Origin: Flectonema sp. DT1601
Lineage: Eukaryota
Assembly (NCBI GenBank): GCA_964019425.1
Contig: OZ025781.1
Coordinates: 1,426,001-1,490,000 of the forward strand
Length of the DNA stretch: 64,000 nt
Direction of reading: 5' to 3'
The notes beneath the pieces are model-generated. The model was not told the origin of the DNA and did no database searches. It saw only the letters and a list, made by a program, of their open reading frames with translations. Positions 35,959 to 49,850 of the stretch are shown piece after piece. The position numbers and the translations under genes are program-made. Position 1 is the stretch's first letter. Each line of letters begins with the position of its first letter.

Positions 35959-38900
35959 TGGAAACCATGTAGTTAGGTAAGTTTTTATGGGGTGAGTCAA
36001 AGAGGTAAATGGAAATTGATAATTCTTTTTCCCCAAATTTACAAAAAAAAAAAAAAAAAAAAAAGGAAAAGAAACAACTCATGAATGAGACAGCAGAAAG
36101 CTTACCGGCGGGAGTATTGTGTGGCGAACTATCTTACCTTTGTGAGGACCCTGTTCCTGCAAATACTCTACTGTCTCCAAGATAAAGAAAATGGGAAATT
36201 TGAGGGACCTGTTTCCTTCAGGAACGGAATATATTTGTTTGTTCTTGATTTCCCCCCCTTCATTCACTTCAAAGAAAAGAAAAAAGACTCCACAAAGTGA
36301 ATGAGAATTGTAGTACAATCAGTGCGGGCTTGTGTGGTACGTTAGCGTACGAATAAGAGCTAATTTGCTTGGACTTGAACTTGGAGTTGTTTGAGTTCAT
36401 TTCAGCAATTCTTGCTCTTGACATCATTTTGTCATTCGCTGAGGTACTTGTTGTTCAATATTTTTCACAAGCAAATGATAACGACATTCATGCTTAGGCA
36501 TAATAATCGGCCCATTTTCTTTTTTTTTGGAGTTTTTTTTTTCCCCCCCTACTTTGGGTTTTTATTCCTTCCCCTTACAACGGGGACGCAATACCCATTT
36601 CGTATATTAATATTTTCCTTATGTTTGATAGCGTTGTTTTTACATCACGCGAGGGAAGTAACCAATAAACCATTATTACCCAACGTCGACTAGGTCCCCG
36701 CGTGATAGTTTCGATTTCCCAATCCTTCCCACCACACCCGTGTGTTGCCCAGAATATATATTTCTGGTAATTCGTAGTGTGTAAAATCCCTTTTCGCGTT
36801 TTGATATTTTTGCACTCAACCATCCTTCGGTCCCCAATGTTCAATAATCTCTTTTAGTGTGGGGACTTGGAGGTGAGTTGTGTGAGGATCAACAAACCAT
36901 ACATGCATAGAGTCGTCTTTGCTATTTTTCCCCCTTTTTCCCTTTTTAAGTATGCTCAACAGTTAACCCCCCTTTTCTTTTTTCTTTTTGTTTCCTTCTT
37001 TTTCTTTGCGTAACTCGTCACTGAATCGATTGTTGATTAACATGTGTCGTTATTTTTTTCTCTTTCTAATTTTTCTGATCCTGCCCAACGTGACATAGAT
37101 ATTTCTTGTAAAACCTTTGGGCCCAAAGAGTGTTAGGCAAGAGTAATTTCAGTGCTACGCAACTATGTACAACTCCTTTTCTTCGATGTTCAATAAATAC
37201 TTTCCGTTTTCGTTGTGTGTTTGAAGTCGTACAAGTTTTTAACGTACGAGTTTTAACGTGTGGGTGTAATAATAATAAAATTGTTAAGCCAATTGTTAGG
37301 CGATTCCAACACACGAGTGCTGCAGGCCACCTGTTATAATCGTATTGTGGACTGTTATTGTTTTTGGCAGACGTTGCTTTCTTTAGCTGACGTTAAATGC
37401 TAGTAGTCACTGGCTTGAAGCAGTGACAAAGTGATGAAACATGTTGTTATTGAGGTTTCTTTTTTGTCGAAAAACGTTTTTTTTTTTTTGTTTGTTCTGC
37501 TTCAAAAATACGAGTAGCTATTAAATATAAAGCTGTACCTTTTTTAAGAGGAGGTTAACGAATTAAAAAGTGAAATTTTTTTTTTTGTTTTTTTTTCAAA
37601 TCAATAAACATGTATGTGAGACGATACGGTTTTTAATTCGTATTAATTCTTTCTTGTACCTGTTTTTCATGCAAATATTATGCAAAGGATATGATTTGGA
37701 CATCTACCAGTATTTGTTTGTCGGAAAGCAGATCTGTAAATGAAAGAGCTAGTGTTTTTTTAATTAAATCTGGCAAACTATTGCTGCATAGTGACGAAGT
37801 ACCAGCAATGATGAGTTTCTTTTTCAATCCCCCCTTTTTCTTTTTTTGTTTGTAGTTTTTTTTTTTTTAAAAACCAGCTGTAAGATCCCTGCACAGAGAT
37901 ACTTGCACGGGACGATTATGGAAATTTTGGATTTTCCTGATCTTAGCTACACGAAACAGCATTCGTTGGTTATATACCGACAGCCACTGCAAACGTTTTC
38001 TTTTTTCTTCACGAACTTATGAAGTAGCTTTCTTGTTTTTTGTTTGTTCAAGGCTACGTATTAATTTAGTATGGTCTCCCTAGTACCTATTTTAGAAAAT
38101 ACCTTTTTTACTTTTTACTAGTTAGGCAAGACAAGAGTCTTGTTAAAGTATTTCTGTGAAATGATTCACCCCTATTCGTCTATCTTTTTTTTCTATCCGA
38201 AAGAAAAAAGAAGAAAAAAAAAAATAAAAAAACGGAATAAATTTTCACGCTGCTTTCACACTAGAGGGGAAAAAAAAAAAAAAAATTTATTCTTTCACAA
38301 CAAGATTATTCTGTCTTTAAAAAAAAAAAACAAAAAAAGGTGTTTTGATGAGACCGGAGTCTCATAAATTATTTTCTTACACCCACTATTCTGCTAAAAA
38401 AATAAAAGTTTTAGCTGCTTGCTTCTCGGAAGAGACATGTTGTCTCAATCGCCGGTATTTTATTTTTTTATTTTTATTATATTTCTTTTAAAAAAAAAAA
38501 ACATTATTATAAAAGAAAAACTAAATAACTAAACTAAATGAAAAAAAAAACATTGAGGGAAAAAAAAAAAAAAAAAAAAAAAACACTAATCGTCTCCTGA
38601 GTTGACGTCTCGTAAGATAAGACTTTTGTCTTATTCAAATGTACTATCGCTTTGAATTTTTACTCATTTTTTTTTTTCTGTTTCTAAATCTCTACAATCT
38701 ATGAGCTATTATGTTTTTTTTTTCTCTCTCTCTCTTTTTTTTCTCTTCTTTTTTAAAAGAGGTTTTTTTTGTTGTTAAGTTGCACAATGTGCTTGCCATA
38801 AGTTAACCAACTGGTTGTTTGTTAAGTATTCTTGTATGGTTAGTTCAATGGTGCAGGAAAGGGAAAAAAAAAAAAAAAAAAAACAACAATTAAATTCCTA

Positions 38901-40683
38901 TTTTATATGAGATTGTTCATCACAATTCGTTGTGGTGAAGTGAATTGACCTGGAATTTTTTTCGTTTGTTAATTTTCGATTTTGTTGTCTCGCTCCTTTC
39001 CGACCTATGAAGCGTATTGTAAGAAATAAACAAAGCAACCCTAATTAACAATGACTATGTACATGACTTAATGTTATTCAAGGTGTCACTTACATCGGAA
39101 AAAAAAAAAAAAAAAAAAACAAAATCGAATCCTTGCGAAAACCCTCTTTTTTTTTTTTTTTATCACCTCAGCGAAACGAAAGAATAGCAGCAAGCAATTA
39201 AAGGACTGCAAACTACACACGTGGATGGTAATGTCTGTAATGTTATCTGATGTTATTTTAGATTAGATAATTATTGTTGTCGTTTTTTATAAACGGCTTT
39301 CGATAGATAATTAGGACAACCTATTGTTCCGTTCTATTTATTTTTGCAAACAGAATGTTACCAGTGTGCAGTGTGCGTGATTTTTTTTTGATTCTTCTTT
39401 CATTTTGGCTTTGCTAAGGGAAAAAAAAAAAAAAAAATAATAATAAGAAGTTTTATAACTCTTTGAGAAAGTGTTTTTGCACGAGTTGCCACTTTCTCCG
39501 AGTTAGTTTTTATAGCAAGAAAAACTAACAAATCGTTTTTTTTTGATGCCTTGCTGTGCACATTTTTGTGTAGCCGAAAAAAAAAAAAAAAAAAAACTCT
39601 GTTACCTTCTTTGGTAATGTTACCTCATTTCTGTTTTTTTTCCACCCGTTGTTTCCTTGGGCAAACATTTTTTCCATTACCCCTCCAAAAAAGAAGTCTT
39701 TCCTACGTATCAATAATGCGCCCTTGTTCACGTGGCCAGTAGGCAGTCCATTGCTACTAAGCCCAGATCACCAGTCCATAGAAGGGGAAAAAAAAAAAAA
39801 AAAAAAAAAAAAACTCTTTCTTTACCCGAAATTACATATCGACCTTACATTACTAGTTTTATGTTATTATTCTTCTTTTCTTTTCTTTTTTTTATTCTTG
39901 TTCGTTAGTACACAAACAAAATTTTTCTATTGTCCATGTCGCGACTATGAAACGACTACGGATTTGGATCCTGTTGTTACGTGTTCCCTAGTTCTCTCCT
40001 AGTACGCGTCCACACCGGATTTTATTATCATCTACACAAAACGTTTCTTTTTTTTTTTTTGGAACGCGCGCGTCATCACTACGGAAAGTATTTACTAAAT
40101 ATGGGGGAGGGAAGAAAAAAAAAAAAAAAAAGCTTTTTTAGTGATCCCCTTATTATCGGCTTCTATAAGACTTTAACAGGTCAGCTTCTATCCTTGAAAA
40201 TCAGAATACATATGGTTTATCAAGCACAGGAAGACTACTGCTTACCTATGACGAATCAAAAATATTGCGCACATTCTGCAGAGAATTGTTGTTTTGCTTT
40301 GCTTTTTCTTTCTTTTTTTTTTCCCGTGCGTGATTTTCAGCTCTATTGCTAACTCAACCTCAACAATCGGTTTTACGTATCTTTGAGTTATTCTTGTATC
40401 CCCCTCCTCTTTTTTTTATTTCTTTCTTTCTTTTGTCTATGACAAGAGAGGGAAAAAAAAAAAAAAAAAAGGAGATTGTTCTCAAAATCGGTATTGCGAG
40501 AGATTACTATTTTAAAGAAAAAAAAAAACTCTACTTTCTTGTACAACACGCATGCCTAACTGAGCAAGTATTTTTCAGTAGTTGTGTGCACCAAGTGTTG
40601 TTTGTGTTTGTCAATCTGCAATTGAAGATGGCAATAACTGTATTAGTTTCGGTTTTAACCCATATCTTGAGTACATTTTAAAA

Positions 40684-40710
40684 GAAGAAGAAGAAGAAGA
40701 AGAAGAAGAA
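40684..40710 (+). repeat. (GAA)n microsatellite; a (TTA)n microsatellite follows at ~40755-40787
   Basis: Directly visible. Confidence 0.9.
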
Positions 40711-40753
40711 AACAAAAAAACCCCCACAACAAGCTTAACTGGTATTTTCTATC

Positions 40754-40787
<34 letters not shown>

Positions 40788-43180
40788 TTATTTCGTTTCT
40801 TGCGTTTGATCTCAACTTTTTTTTTTACATTTTGTTTTTGAGTTACAAATTACGAAAATTCTTGCGTGAGGTAATACACAACAAGAAAAAGGTTTTTCTA
40901 ACGACAGAATCAGATTTCCGAACAACAAATGACGCGCCTATCTGATTTTTCTATCTGTCAGTGTGATCAGCCTTTCCTCATAATCTAATCTTCTAATGGA
41001 GGAATGAGGAGAAGAATATCGCAATTATGGTAAAGCCTTGCAATTGGCAGGCTACTCACATTGCTCGGTTTTTGTCTTTCTTTTCCAATAGTATTGTTTT
41101 CTTTTTTCTTTGTTTCTCTTATTCTTATTCTAGGTATTTTTTTTTTCAAGATATTCTGTGTTGGTTTTGGTCTTACTCAATTTATTGGCTTCTTACGTAG
41201 TTTAAGCTTTGGAGTAATTGGTGATATCTCTTCCTTTCACTTATGACAAGTGATCTGTTATTTACGAATGTAGTTTTTTTTTTTTTGTTTTATTTGATTG
41301 CTAACAATAAAAAAAAAAATGGTTTTATTCAGTTCTTTTTTTTATTTATTTTTTTTTTTTTTTTATATGCTTGTTGTCACTAAAACCATATTTTTTTTTT
41401 CTCCATTCAAAAAAAATTTTTTTTTAAAAAAAATAATAATAATAATCTTTGGTGTATTTTGGGCCACTTTTGGTGTATTTTTTTTGGTCCATTACCCAAC
41501 AGGTAATAATAACCAATTATATCGTTTCATCTACAGTTGTGTTTCTTTCTTTACGTTATTATTATTATTTTAAATATTATGTTATCGTTTTTTGCAAGTG
41601 CGACTTAACTTATCAGCAACATAGGCGTTCGTTTAAAATAAAAAAATAAAATAAAAATAAAATAAGAAAGAAAGGTTTCGACAAATAATGTAATTCTGTT
41701 CGTAACACTTTGCGTTGTTTATTTTCTTTCTGCCGGAAGTTGTGATTTAGGCACACTTGCTTCGCTCTTTTTCTCACAGTAGATCCATGTACTTAATAAG
41801 GTCTTTTTTTTATTAAAAATATTTAAAAAAAAAAAAAATAAAAAAATAATAGTGTGTTTTTTTTTTGAGTGTGAATGCAGATTTCTTTTTGTTTAGGAAT
41901 TACTTAATGATTCTTAATTTTAGTTATTATTTATTTTTTTTAATGGCGAAAAGTGTTGCTACCTCCTTCTTTAAGCATCGCTAAAAACCATATTGTTCTT
42001 CTTTTGTCTGAAAAAAAATAATCAAATCAACTTGAATTTTCAGAGATTATATGGAGGACCTGTTGTTTTCCCTTCTTTTCTTATCACACTCATCATATCA
42101 CTATTTTTTTTCCCTTTTTTTGTTTTTGTTTTTGTTTTTCTTCTTCTTAATTGGTTTTCTTGTTCTTATTTGTTGGCATATTACTTGCATCATCATCTTT
42201 TTAAAAAAAAAAAAAAAAAAACCAAAACCAAAAGTGGTAGATGTTGCTATTCATTTCAGCAATCACTCATTGTAGTTTTTCGTAGCAGTAAACCCGTAGA
42301 CAGAAAGAGGGAATCTTTTCCGTCTTTACCATTTGAGCAGCTAGGTATACTATTAAGATCCTCTCCAGAAGGAAGAAACAAAAAAAAAATCGTTTTTTTT
42401 TTAATAAAAAGCTGTGATAATGAATGGTGATCGCACATGGATTGTTATTTTTTGCTTGTTCAAATCCCTTTTTTTTTTTTTTTTAAAAAAGAAAACTGTT
42501 TTTCTGCACTTCACAGATTACTGTTAGTCGTTGTAAAAGACAAGCTAATGGTTTTCATTTTTTTTTTTCCTCTTCCATTCATTACTCCCCTCTTCTTTAT
42601 TATTTCATTTCATCCTACATCAATTCGGTGATGAGAATTTCGCTTCAAAAATTCCGTAAAAACAACATCAACAATAAAAAAAAAACAAGCAAACGTTTTA
42701 TATCACTTTTTCAATTAATGGGATGCAAAAAAAAAAAAAAAAAAAAAAAAAAAATTCTACAAGGAATCTCTTTTTTTTTTTTTTTTTTGATGCATAGCGA
42801 GCTTTCCTTTATCTCCTTCTCACACCATAATATTGTTTTTCAGTTTAGGTAGCGGCAATTTGCTCAGAAACGTAAAAATTCTTCATCTTTCCTGCTACAA
42901 TAATTTTATTTCTTTCATTCATTAAAGCTCGCCACAAGTAACGAGCGTTCACTAAGACGTGTAGTAATTAATAATAAAAAGTACACAAAAACAGCGAGCT
43001 CTACAACTGCTGAAGCTGCTTGTTTTTTTTTTTGTATGAACAGTTCTTATTTTGATTCAATTCCTTAATAAGGTAAAGTCTTAGTGATTGTTTGCTCGAT
43101 CTTCTGAATTACTACTGGTTATCTGACATATGACGAAAGCAAGTAATAATAATTAAAAAAAAAAAAAAAAAAACGTTCGT

Positions 43181-43306
43181 AGTCGGAGAAGAAACTATTC
43201 AGATTGGAAGCCGATATATTTCATATGGTCATAACTTATCTCCTTCCGTGCGACAGGATTCTGTCTGCGTTTAACGAAGTATAAGGCTACTCTGAATAGT
43301 TTTCTT
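43181..43306. mobile_element. Short element with terminal inverted repeats (MITE-like or long hairpin), copy 1
   Basis: AAGAAACTATTCAGA (43189-43203) and TCTGAATAGTTTTCTT (43291-43306) are inverted repeats. The 5' end AGTCGGAGAAGAAACTATTCAGATT recurs, with one extra A, at 63522. Confidence 0.6.
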
Positions 43307-44052
43307 TTAGTCGTCATTTTTTTTGTGTTTTTTTTTTTTTTTAAAATGTTTTTTGTATTTCATCAACGATATTATCAATTTCGTATTGGGAAAACAAAAC
43401 GAGTTTAAAAAAAAAAAAAAAAAAAAAAACTTATCAAAAAAAAGACTACTTATGGCACTTTCTTCGTGATGTGCTTCATTTTATCGACAAGCATAACGAT
43501 GAGTTAGTTGGTTCAAGACTTCTTTATGTCGAAGTGGGAATCTGAAAACTCACTCGTGACCGTTGTAGGCGAATATTTTTATTTTTTTTGTTTCTTTTAG
43601 TTACAAACTCTTGTATTTCCTTCTTTGTAATAAATCGTCTCAATTATTGCACACGTTGCAGAGAATATGGTCACATACACAAGAGTCTTAGTCTTTCACT
43701 CAACTCTTTGAGTTTTTCTCCTGCGTTTCAGTTTTTTTTTCCCTTCTTTCTTACTCGTTATGTCTCAGGTTCTTATTGTCATAACGTGCAAAGGATACTA
43801 CAACTTTAAAACCTGAAAACTTGTCGTGGATTTCGTTATTGTACTGGGGTGGCTTGGATCTCTCGCAAGTCACTGAAACCGTCACAATGCGAAGTGCTAA
43901 GTTTTGTACGTATCTTTCTTTTGATGTTTGTAACTGCCTTATATTTTTTTTTTAATTATTTTTAGGTGTGAAGTGCTATTAAAGAAAACAATTATTTTAT
44001 TTTATTTTATTTTTTTTTTTCCAAATGGAAAATGCCTTTGGAAATTTAAAGG

Positions 44053-44086
<34 letters not shown>

Positions 44087-45518
44087 GGGATCATGAAAAA
44101 GGTGGAAAATATATTATTCTGAGTAGAAATATTAGTAATAGAAATGTGGTCCTAACTTTGTCTTTTTTTGCTTACAACTTACTACAAAACTAGGCATTTA
44201 AGACCACGTCAATTATGATTTGTACATTCTTTTGTCGGATGGGGGAATCACCCCGTCTTTATGATCTTCAATGACACGTACTCTTGAACTTCTCCCTTAT
44301 CTCCCTTAGTGGGAATTTATGGTCGCTTTTTAGGCTGAAGGGATTCCAGGTTCTTTCCCATTTTAAAATTTTAATGGTTTTCTTTTTGCATGTTTATCAT
44401 TTGTTGATAATGTTCATTTTTTTAATAATAATAATCATGCAAGCCAAACCTTATCTCATTTGTTTCCCCTTTTTTTTTTTTAAACTCGTCGTAATTTTGT
44501 AAAAATTAAAGTAGTAAATTTTTTTTTTTCTTCCTTTTTTTTCCCCTCATCTTTTTGTAAAGAAAAACACCAAGGACTGGTGACACTCTTACTTACCAAA
44601 AAAAAAAAAAAAAAAAAAAAAAACCTTAACTCTCTTCATTTTTTTTTAAAAAGAATTATTTATTTATTGACAGGTAATTAATAGGTGAAACCTTCACTCT
44701 TGCTATATTACATTATATTTGCACTGACTGACAACACGGAAAAAGAGATATGTATAATGTAAAATCCTCTACGTCACATGCAGAGTGTTTACCTATATTA
44801 ACATTACCTTTTAGTCAACATGTATCATAACTAACGTTTATTTTAGTTAGCTGTGGTACAATGCAGATATTTATTTCTTTATAAAAGTATTCAAACATTT
44901 CATCCCCCTGAAACTCACGATATGTCCATCTGTTGCTGTAGTAAAGGAAGCTAATGAAATGAAAACAAACAACGGGAATCGACTAGTGGTATTCTCTATC
45001 ATTTACCACTTGTCTTCCCCGCCAAGGAAGATATGGCAAAAAGAAGTGGGATTTTCTCCTTCACACAGCCATCTTCTTTGTCGGTCAACTCTTGTGTCCC
45101 CCCAGTCTTACTTAGTTTATTCGTTTCTTTATTTGCGTGCAGATAACATTACACAAGAAGACAGCAGGTTTTATTTCTTTCATCTAACTGCTTACAAGCT
45201 TCTAGTTGTAGTGAACGAAGATCATATGCAGTAACTCGCATCCAGGATATCTATGTATTCTGCTCTGATAGGCGACGCGGGTTCAAGATGTTCACTTTCA
45301 TTGAGTCTCCCTATTGGGAAAAGTTCGTTGAGTAGTACGAGGGGGAAAAAAAAAAAAAAAAAAAAAAATTAGAGATCGTAATCTTGTAACTACTATATTT
45401 TATGTTTTTTTTTGGCGTCTTTTGGCGTAAGAAAAAAATTGCCTTATTTTATATAAGCCGTTTCGGACACGTTTGCTGTGTGCTTGCACGTTCCTGTTGG
45501 GTAAAGCCAATGTAACTC

Positions 45519-45563
45519 TGAGGTTCACATTTGTGGTATTGGCTGATAGATACCTGTGAGCTT
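45519..45563 (+). mobile_element. SINE-like repeat family, hairpin-core fragment
   Basis: TGAGGTTCACATTTGTGGTATTGGCTGATAGATACCTGTGAGCTT keeps the TCACA/TGTGA and GGTATT/GATACC stems. Confidence 0.5.
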
Positions 45564-47259
45564 ACCTACCTATTTCAATTCAACTTTCGACTTACAAGCA
45601 ACACAATTTTTTTCAATACAATTTCTAATTTTTCTTTTGAATGAGTTATTTCCCAAAGATAATATGTACAGTACGAGCGCTTAACATACGGAGTGAATTT
45701 AAGCTGGGTTTGATCTTGTTGTGCCCACAAAATTCGGGGTTCCCTTTTTTTTTTTCCCCTTTTCCCCTTTCCCATATTCGATACTCTGTTTGCTGGATAT
45801 TTCATTTTAAAAAAAAAAAAAAAAACATTGTTACCACTAGCGGAATACTTCTAAGGCATAGTACAAAAAACTTGCGAGAGATTAGGCTTTATTGTGTGAA
45901 ATCTGCCCTTAGAAGTATTGTTGTGCTTCAAAATTTCTTTAACATCGTTCTTTGAAACCCGCCTTGCCTTTCCATAAACGTTGCAATACTGAAAGAAAAA
46001 AATGTGGAATGAACACGAAGAAAAAAAAAAAAAGGTAGTGGGCAAGTGTTCGGTAAGTCTGAACCTGTGTCCATCAAAACGAAAAAGTAGTCTTAGTTAT
46101 TACAGTCCCAGTGGGTAGGACTCACACGAGCGTACCTTTGATGATTACAAAGGATTAATCGTGGGATCCGACTTGCCCCCAACTGGGAAAAAAGATTTTT
46201 TTAAAAATTTTAATTTTTGTTTCTTTGTTCGCGGAAGTTTTCTATTTTGCTTGGGCATACGAAAAATTCTAGCCACTTAGTTTGTTTGTGAGGCCGTCTG
46301 CATAACTTGTAGTTTACAGCAGCAAAGGGTTGCAACGACTTCTGTGTAAGTACCAAATTGTTTTGGTTTGCCCTTCGTCTTGTTCCCTTTGTTGCCGGTG
46401 TTTCTTCTTATCTGATTATTTATTAGTGTCTTCGAATTAAATGCAAAAAAGAAGGCAACGGAATTTTTTCTTTTAGGGTGCTGTTGCTGTGATCTCACCA
46501 CTTTTCCCCCTTTAATCTTTATTTTTTCATTTCTTGAGCTGGAATTTTTAAAAAGAAAAAAACAAAACAAAACAAAACAGGTTGGCAACCTGATTAATGT
46601 AAGGTATCGGTCTCTCTACACGGCATAGTAGCAACTTATTTCTAAAGAAAAAAGCAACAGAGCGGGTGTTCTTCTTGCTTAACTGACTTATATATTTGTT
46701 AGCATCTAGACACTTGTCATCCACATCTCATAGTTTTATATTGTGGTTCTGTTGTTTACTTTTGGAGGAGATTTGTTGGTTGAACAAAGGAAAGGAAAGA
46801 AAGGAAAATGCCAACCGTTTTTTTTTTTTTTTTTTTTTTTTTTTCTTCCAGCTCACAAAAAAAACCAATGGAAGTTTATACTTCCCACGTTGCTATACTA
46901 TCATTCCCTCTTTTATTTCTGGTGTGTTTCACAGTGACGTAACTGAAAAGATTCAGCACAGGCACACTCATTCTGCGATTGCAAAAGTTCAACGTGCCCA
47001 AATTAAGATTAAAAATCAACGGGAAGAATGTCCAGAAGTAATCTGTTGCTCTCACTTTATTTTTTATGTTATTTTTTTCTTCTTTATATCAAATCCCTTT
47101 CCCTTGTTTCTTGCCTTTAAACATTTTTAAAAAAAAAAAAATATGTGAAAAAAGCTTTCTTAATTAAAAGCAGCTCTTGTTAAGGAGGAAACCTTCTTAA
47201 CTCGTTTCCCTCTTGGGAACCGAATGTGTGTTTTTTTTATTTATTTTTTTTGTTTCTTT

Positions 47260-47745
47260 TCTCTCACTTTCCTCACAACGGTCCATTCAGAAAATAATAC
47301 TACACCTGTGTGGATGACTTGGAAAGTTAAGGTAATAAAGAAAAGAGTGTGGCACCTGTTACGAACGAAAAGAACAGTTTTTAACCGCAGTATGTGCAAG
47401 TTGTTAGGTATATTTGCTTCTCCCTTTCCCCTTTTGCTTAAAAGCTATCCCGTTAGGGAAAACCACTAGCTCGAACAATTTGGTGTTCTTTTGTGTCTCT
47501 CAAATTCCACTTATCCCCCAATATCTTTTCTCCCTAAAATTTAAATGTTATTATCACGTCGTTTATAATATTTCATTTTTTTTTTTTTTTTTTTTTTGTC
47601 TCACTCTCTTTTCATGATAATCCATTTAGAAAACCATACCTCATCTGTGGATGATTGGAGAGAAATAACATAATCTTGTTTTACCGAAAGAACACAGTAA
47701 GTATGTGCAAATTGTTCTTCTTTGTTTTCTTTATAAGAACATCCC
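47260..47745 (+). repeat. Old local duplication (units ~47260-47450 and ~47598-47745)
   Basis: Shared collinear blocks: TCTCACT, TCCATTYAGAAAA..ATAC, TGTGGATGA.T.GGA, CGAAA(A)GAACA, AGTATGTGCAA.TTGTT, ATCCC. Confidence 0.7.
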
Positions 47746-48435
47746 AACGAACGATGAAATAAATTAAATTGAGAGATTAGTATGTTCTTGTTTGATCTTA
47801 GTTTTTACAGTTGTGAGTGCAATACAAGAGGTGAATAGGGAGAATATTTGCCTTCTTGCATTCTAAACGTGTGTCCCTTAGGCGAACCCTCAACTACCAA
47901 CAAGTTAAAAAAGTGCGACACAAAAAAAAAACTTGTGAACTTCTTGCCAATCTCTATGCCTATTCCCCTTAGTTAAGGCAGTGCGACTCAACGATAGATA
48001 CTTGGTATTCTTGCAAGGTAATCTATTTGGTTCTGTTTTCTAGGCTTTTAATATTATTTGTTGGTGTAATTTTCAGTGTAAACAGATTTAGATGAGTCGC
48101 AGAGACATCTAGCAAGCATAACTCAATCGTTACTTGGTCCCTAACTTGCCCATCCTGTGGTGCTTGTGCTCTTTCTCTTGCTTGTTGTCCTTCTTCTCCT
48201 AATAAATTGGTTTTTTATTCTTTTCCAATTCTTTTAGTTAGTCACTACCAAAATTCTTATGTTCTTGTTTTCTTTTTTTTTAATTTTTATTATTGTTGTT
48301 TTTTTATTTCTGAGGTTTTTTAAATCAGTCGATGCGCCGGATAATCTATGTGCGTGTTTTCTTAAAACAGAGTTGATGTTTTTGAATAATGTGGATTACA
48401 CAGTTCCACGGTAGGTTTTACCGACTGATCGAGGG

Positions 48436-48466
<31 letters not shown>

Positions 48467-49502
48467 TTTTTGTAACCGTTGTAAGTAACAAAACATCTCC
48501 CTTACACCCGCAACATACTTTTTTTTAGCATAGTGTACCAATGCAGGTATCTTTGCTTCGATTTTTCCCCTCTGTTTTTTAAAAAAACATATAAGTTATT
48601 TCACCCTTAACCCCCCTTTCAAAAAAAAAAAAAAAAAAAACAATAAATAAATACAATAAAAAAGGTCACATGAGTAACGCCGTGTTAGTACAACAGAGCA
48701 TTGTTCACTCTTTTTTTTTCTTCCCCCCACTCATTTCTTTTAAAATTCTCATTATAATTCTCTCCTTAAAATCGTTATTTACATTTCCTTATGTCTGAAT
48801 GTTTAAAATCAGCTATATATGTTATTACCTCTATCTAATAATAATTTTAAAAAAAAAAAAAAACAAGGGGTCCTATCGATCCCTTTCCGGTGAACAGTCT
48901 GCATAGTAATCAATAACTCGTTCGATATGTAGATGCCGGTGTTATTTGTTAATTCATCTGTTTTTTCGATCTGAATCGTTAAGAACCACGGGGCTTCAAT
49001 TCGTTTGGTAAAGGAACATACCTACCTAGATAAGGATGTGTTGCTTCCCTGTATGCAACTTCTGTATTTTTTCTGCGGTTCATAATTCTGTTTTTTTCTT
49101 TTTTTTTTTTTGTTAATTTCTTGCTTTGACGAATTTAATCTGTATATTCCGGTGACGAGTTTTCTTTTTCACTCAAGTAAAAATCTGATTGTGAGTGAAA
49201 CAAATAAAGGTTTGCGGTGCAGCAGTTTACTCTTGTTCAGGAATCAGTAAAAAGGAGTATTCTACTGAAGGCAAAGGTAAACTTTTTTCAGATTCGTTTG
49301 GTTGTGTTATCAGTTCAATATTAAACTCAACATACGGACCTCAACTCTTTAGACTACGAACGATCTCCGTTCGAAGATCGCGCTACTGAGTGAGGAATAA
49401 CTAATCTAATGTTCTTAGTTTTTCGAATCACAAAACATCAATGAAAACTAACTCTTTCTGATACTCGCGCTTTGTTGTGTCTGCGAGTGCTTAGTTAGCT
49501 TG

Positions 49503-49850
49503 AGGGGGAAGGAACATTCTTTGCCCCCTGCATCCATCGCAAATGTCCTTCAGTTAGCAAGCGAACAAGCTTCGGCGTGTAACAGATTCGCGCTGTGGAG
49601 AGGACATTCTGTGCCCTTAGGTCTTCGGTATTCGCACAAGTTCCGGCTTGTGACAGAATCGCGGCTGCAGGGGAAGAACACTCTTTGCCCCTACATACGT
49701 AAATTTATCAATGTCCTTCAGTTAAGCGAACAAGCTTCGGCTTGTAACGGAATCGCACTGTAGGAATATTCGCCTCCTTCAACTAGCAAGCGAACAAGTC
49801 TTAACACTTGTAATAGAATCGCACTACGGAGGGGAGCAGTCTTTCACCTT
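49503..49850 (+). repeat. Degenerate tandem array of 4 complete units plus a partial one (alternating ~95/~70 bp, ~165-bp higher-order dimer), with hairpins in each unit
   Basis: Recurring blocks (A)GGGGAAG(G)AACAYTCTTTGCCCCT, AATGTCCTTCAGTT and GCGAACAAGCTTCGGCTTGTAAC.GAATCGC.CT. Units start at ~49503, 49598, 49669 and 49762; an isolated head is at ~49939-49960. Confidence 0.9.

Noticed and set aside
45271..45290. GACGCGGGTTCAAG, a tRNA T-arm-like word
   Set aside because: No pairing T-stem, acceptor stem or upstream A-box.
49503..49850. CRISPR-like array
   Set aside because: Eukaryotic context, no cas genes, degenerate repeats, and the intervening segments are related to each other rather than unique spacers.
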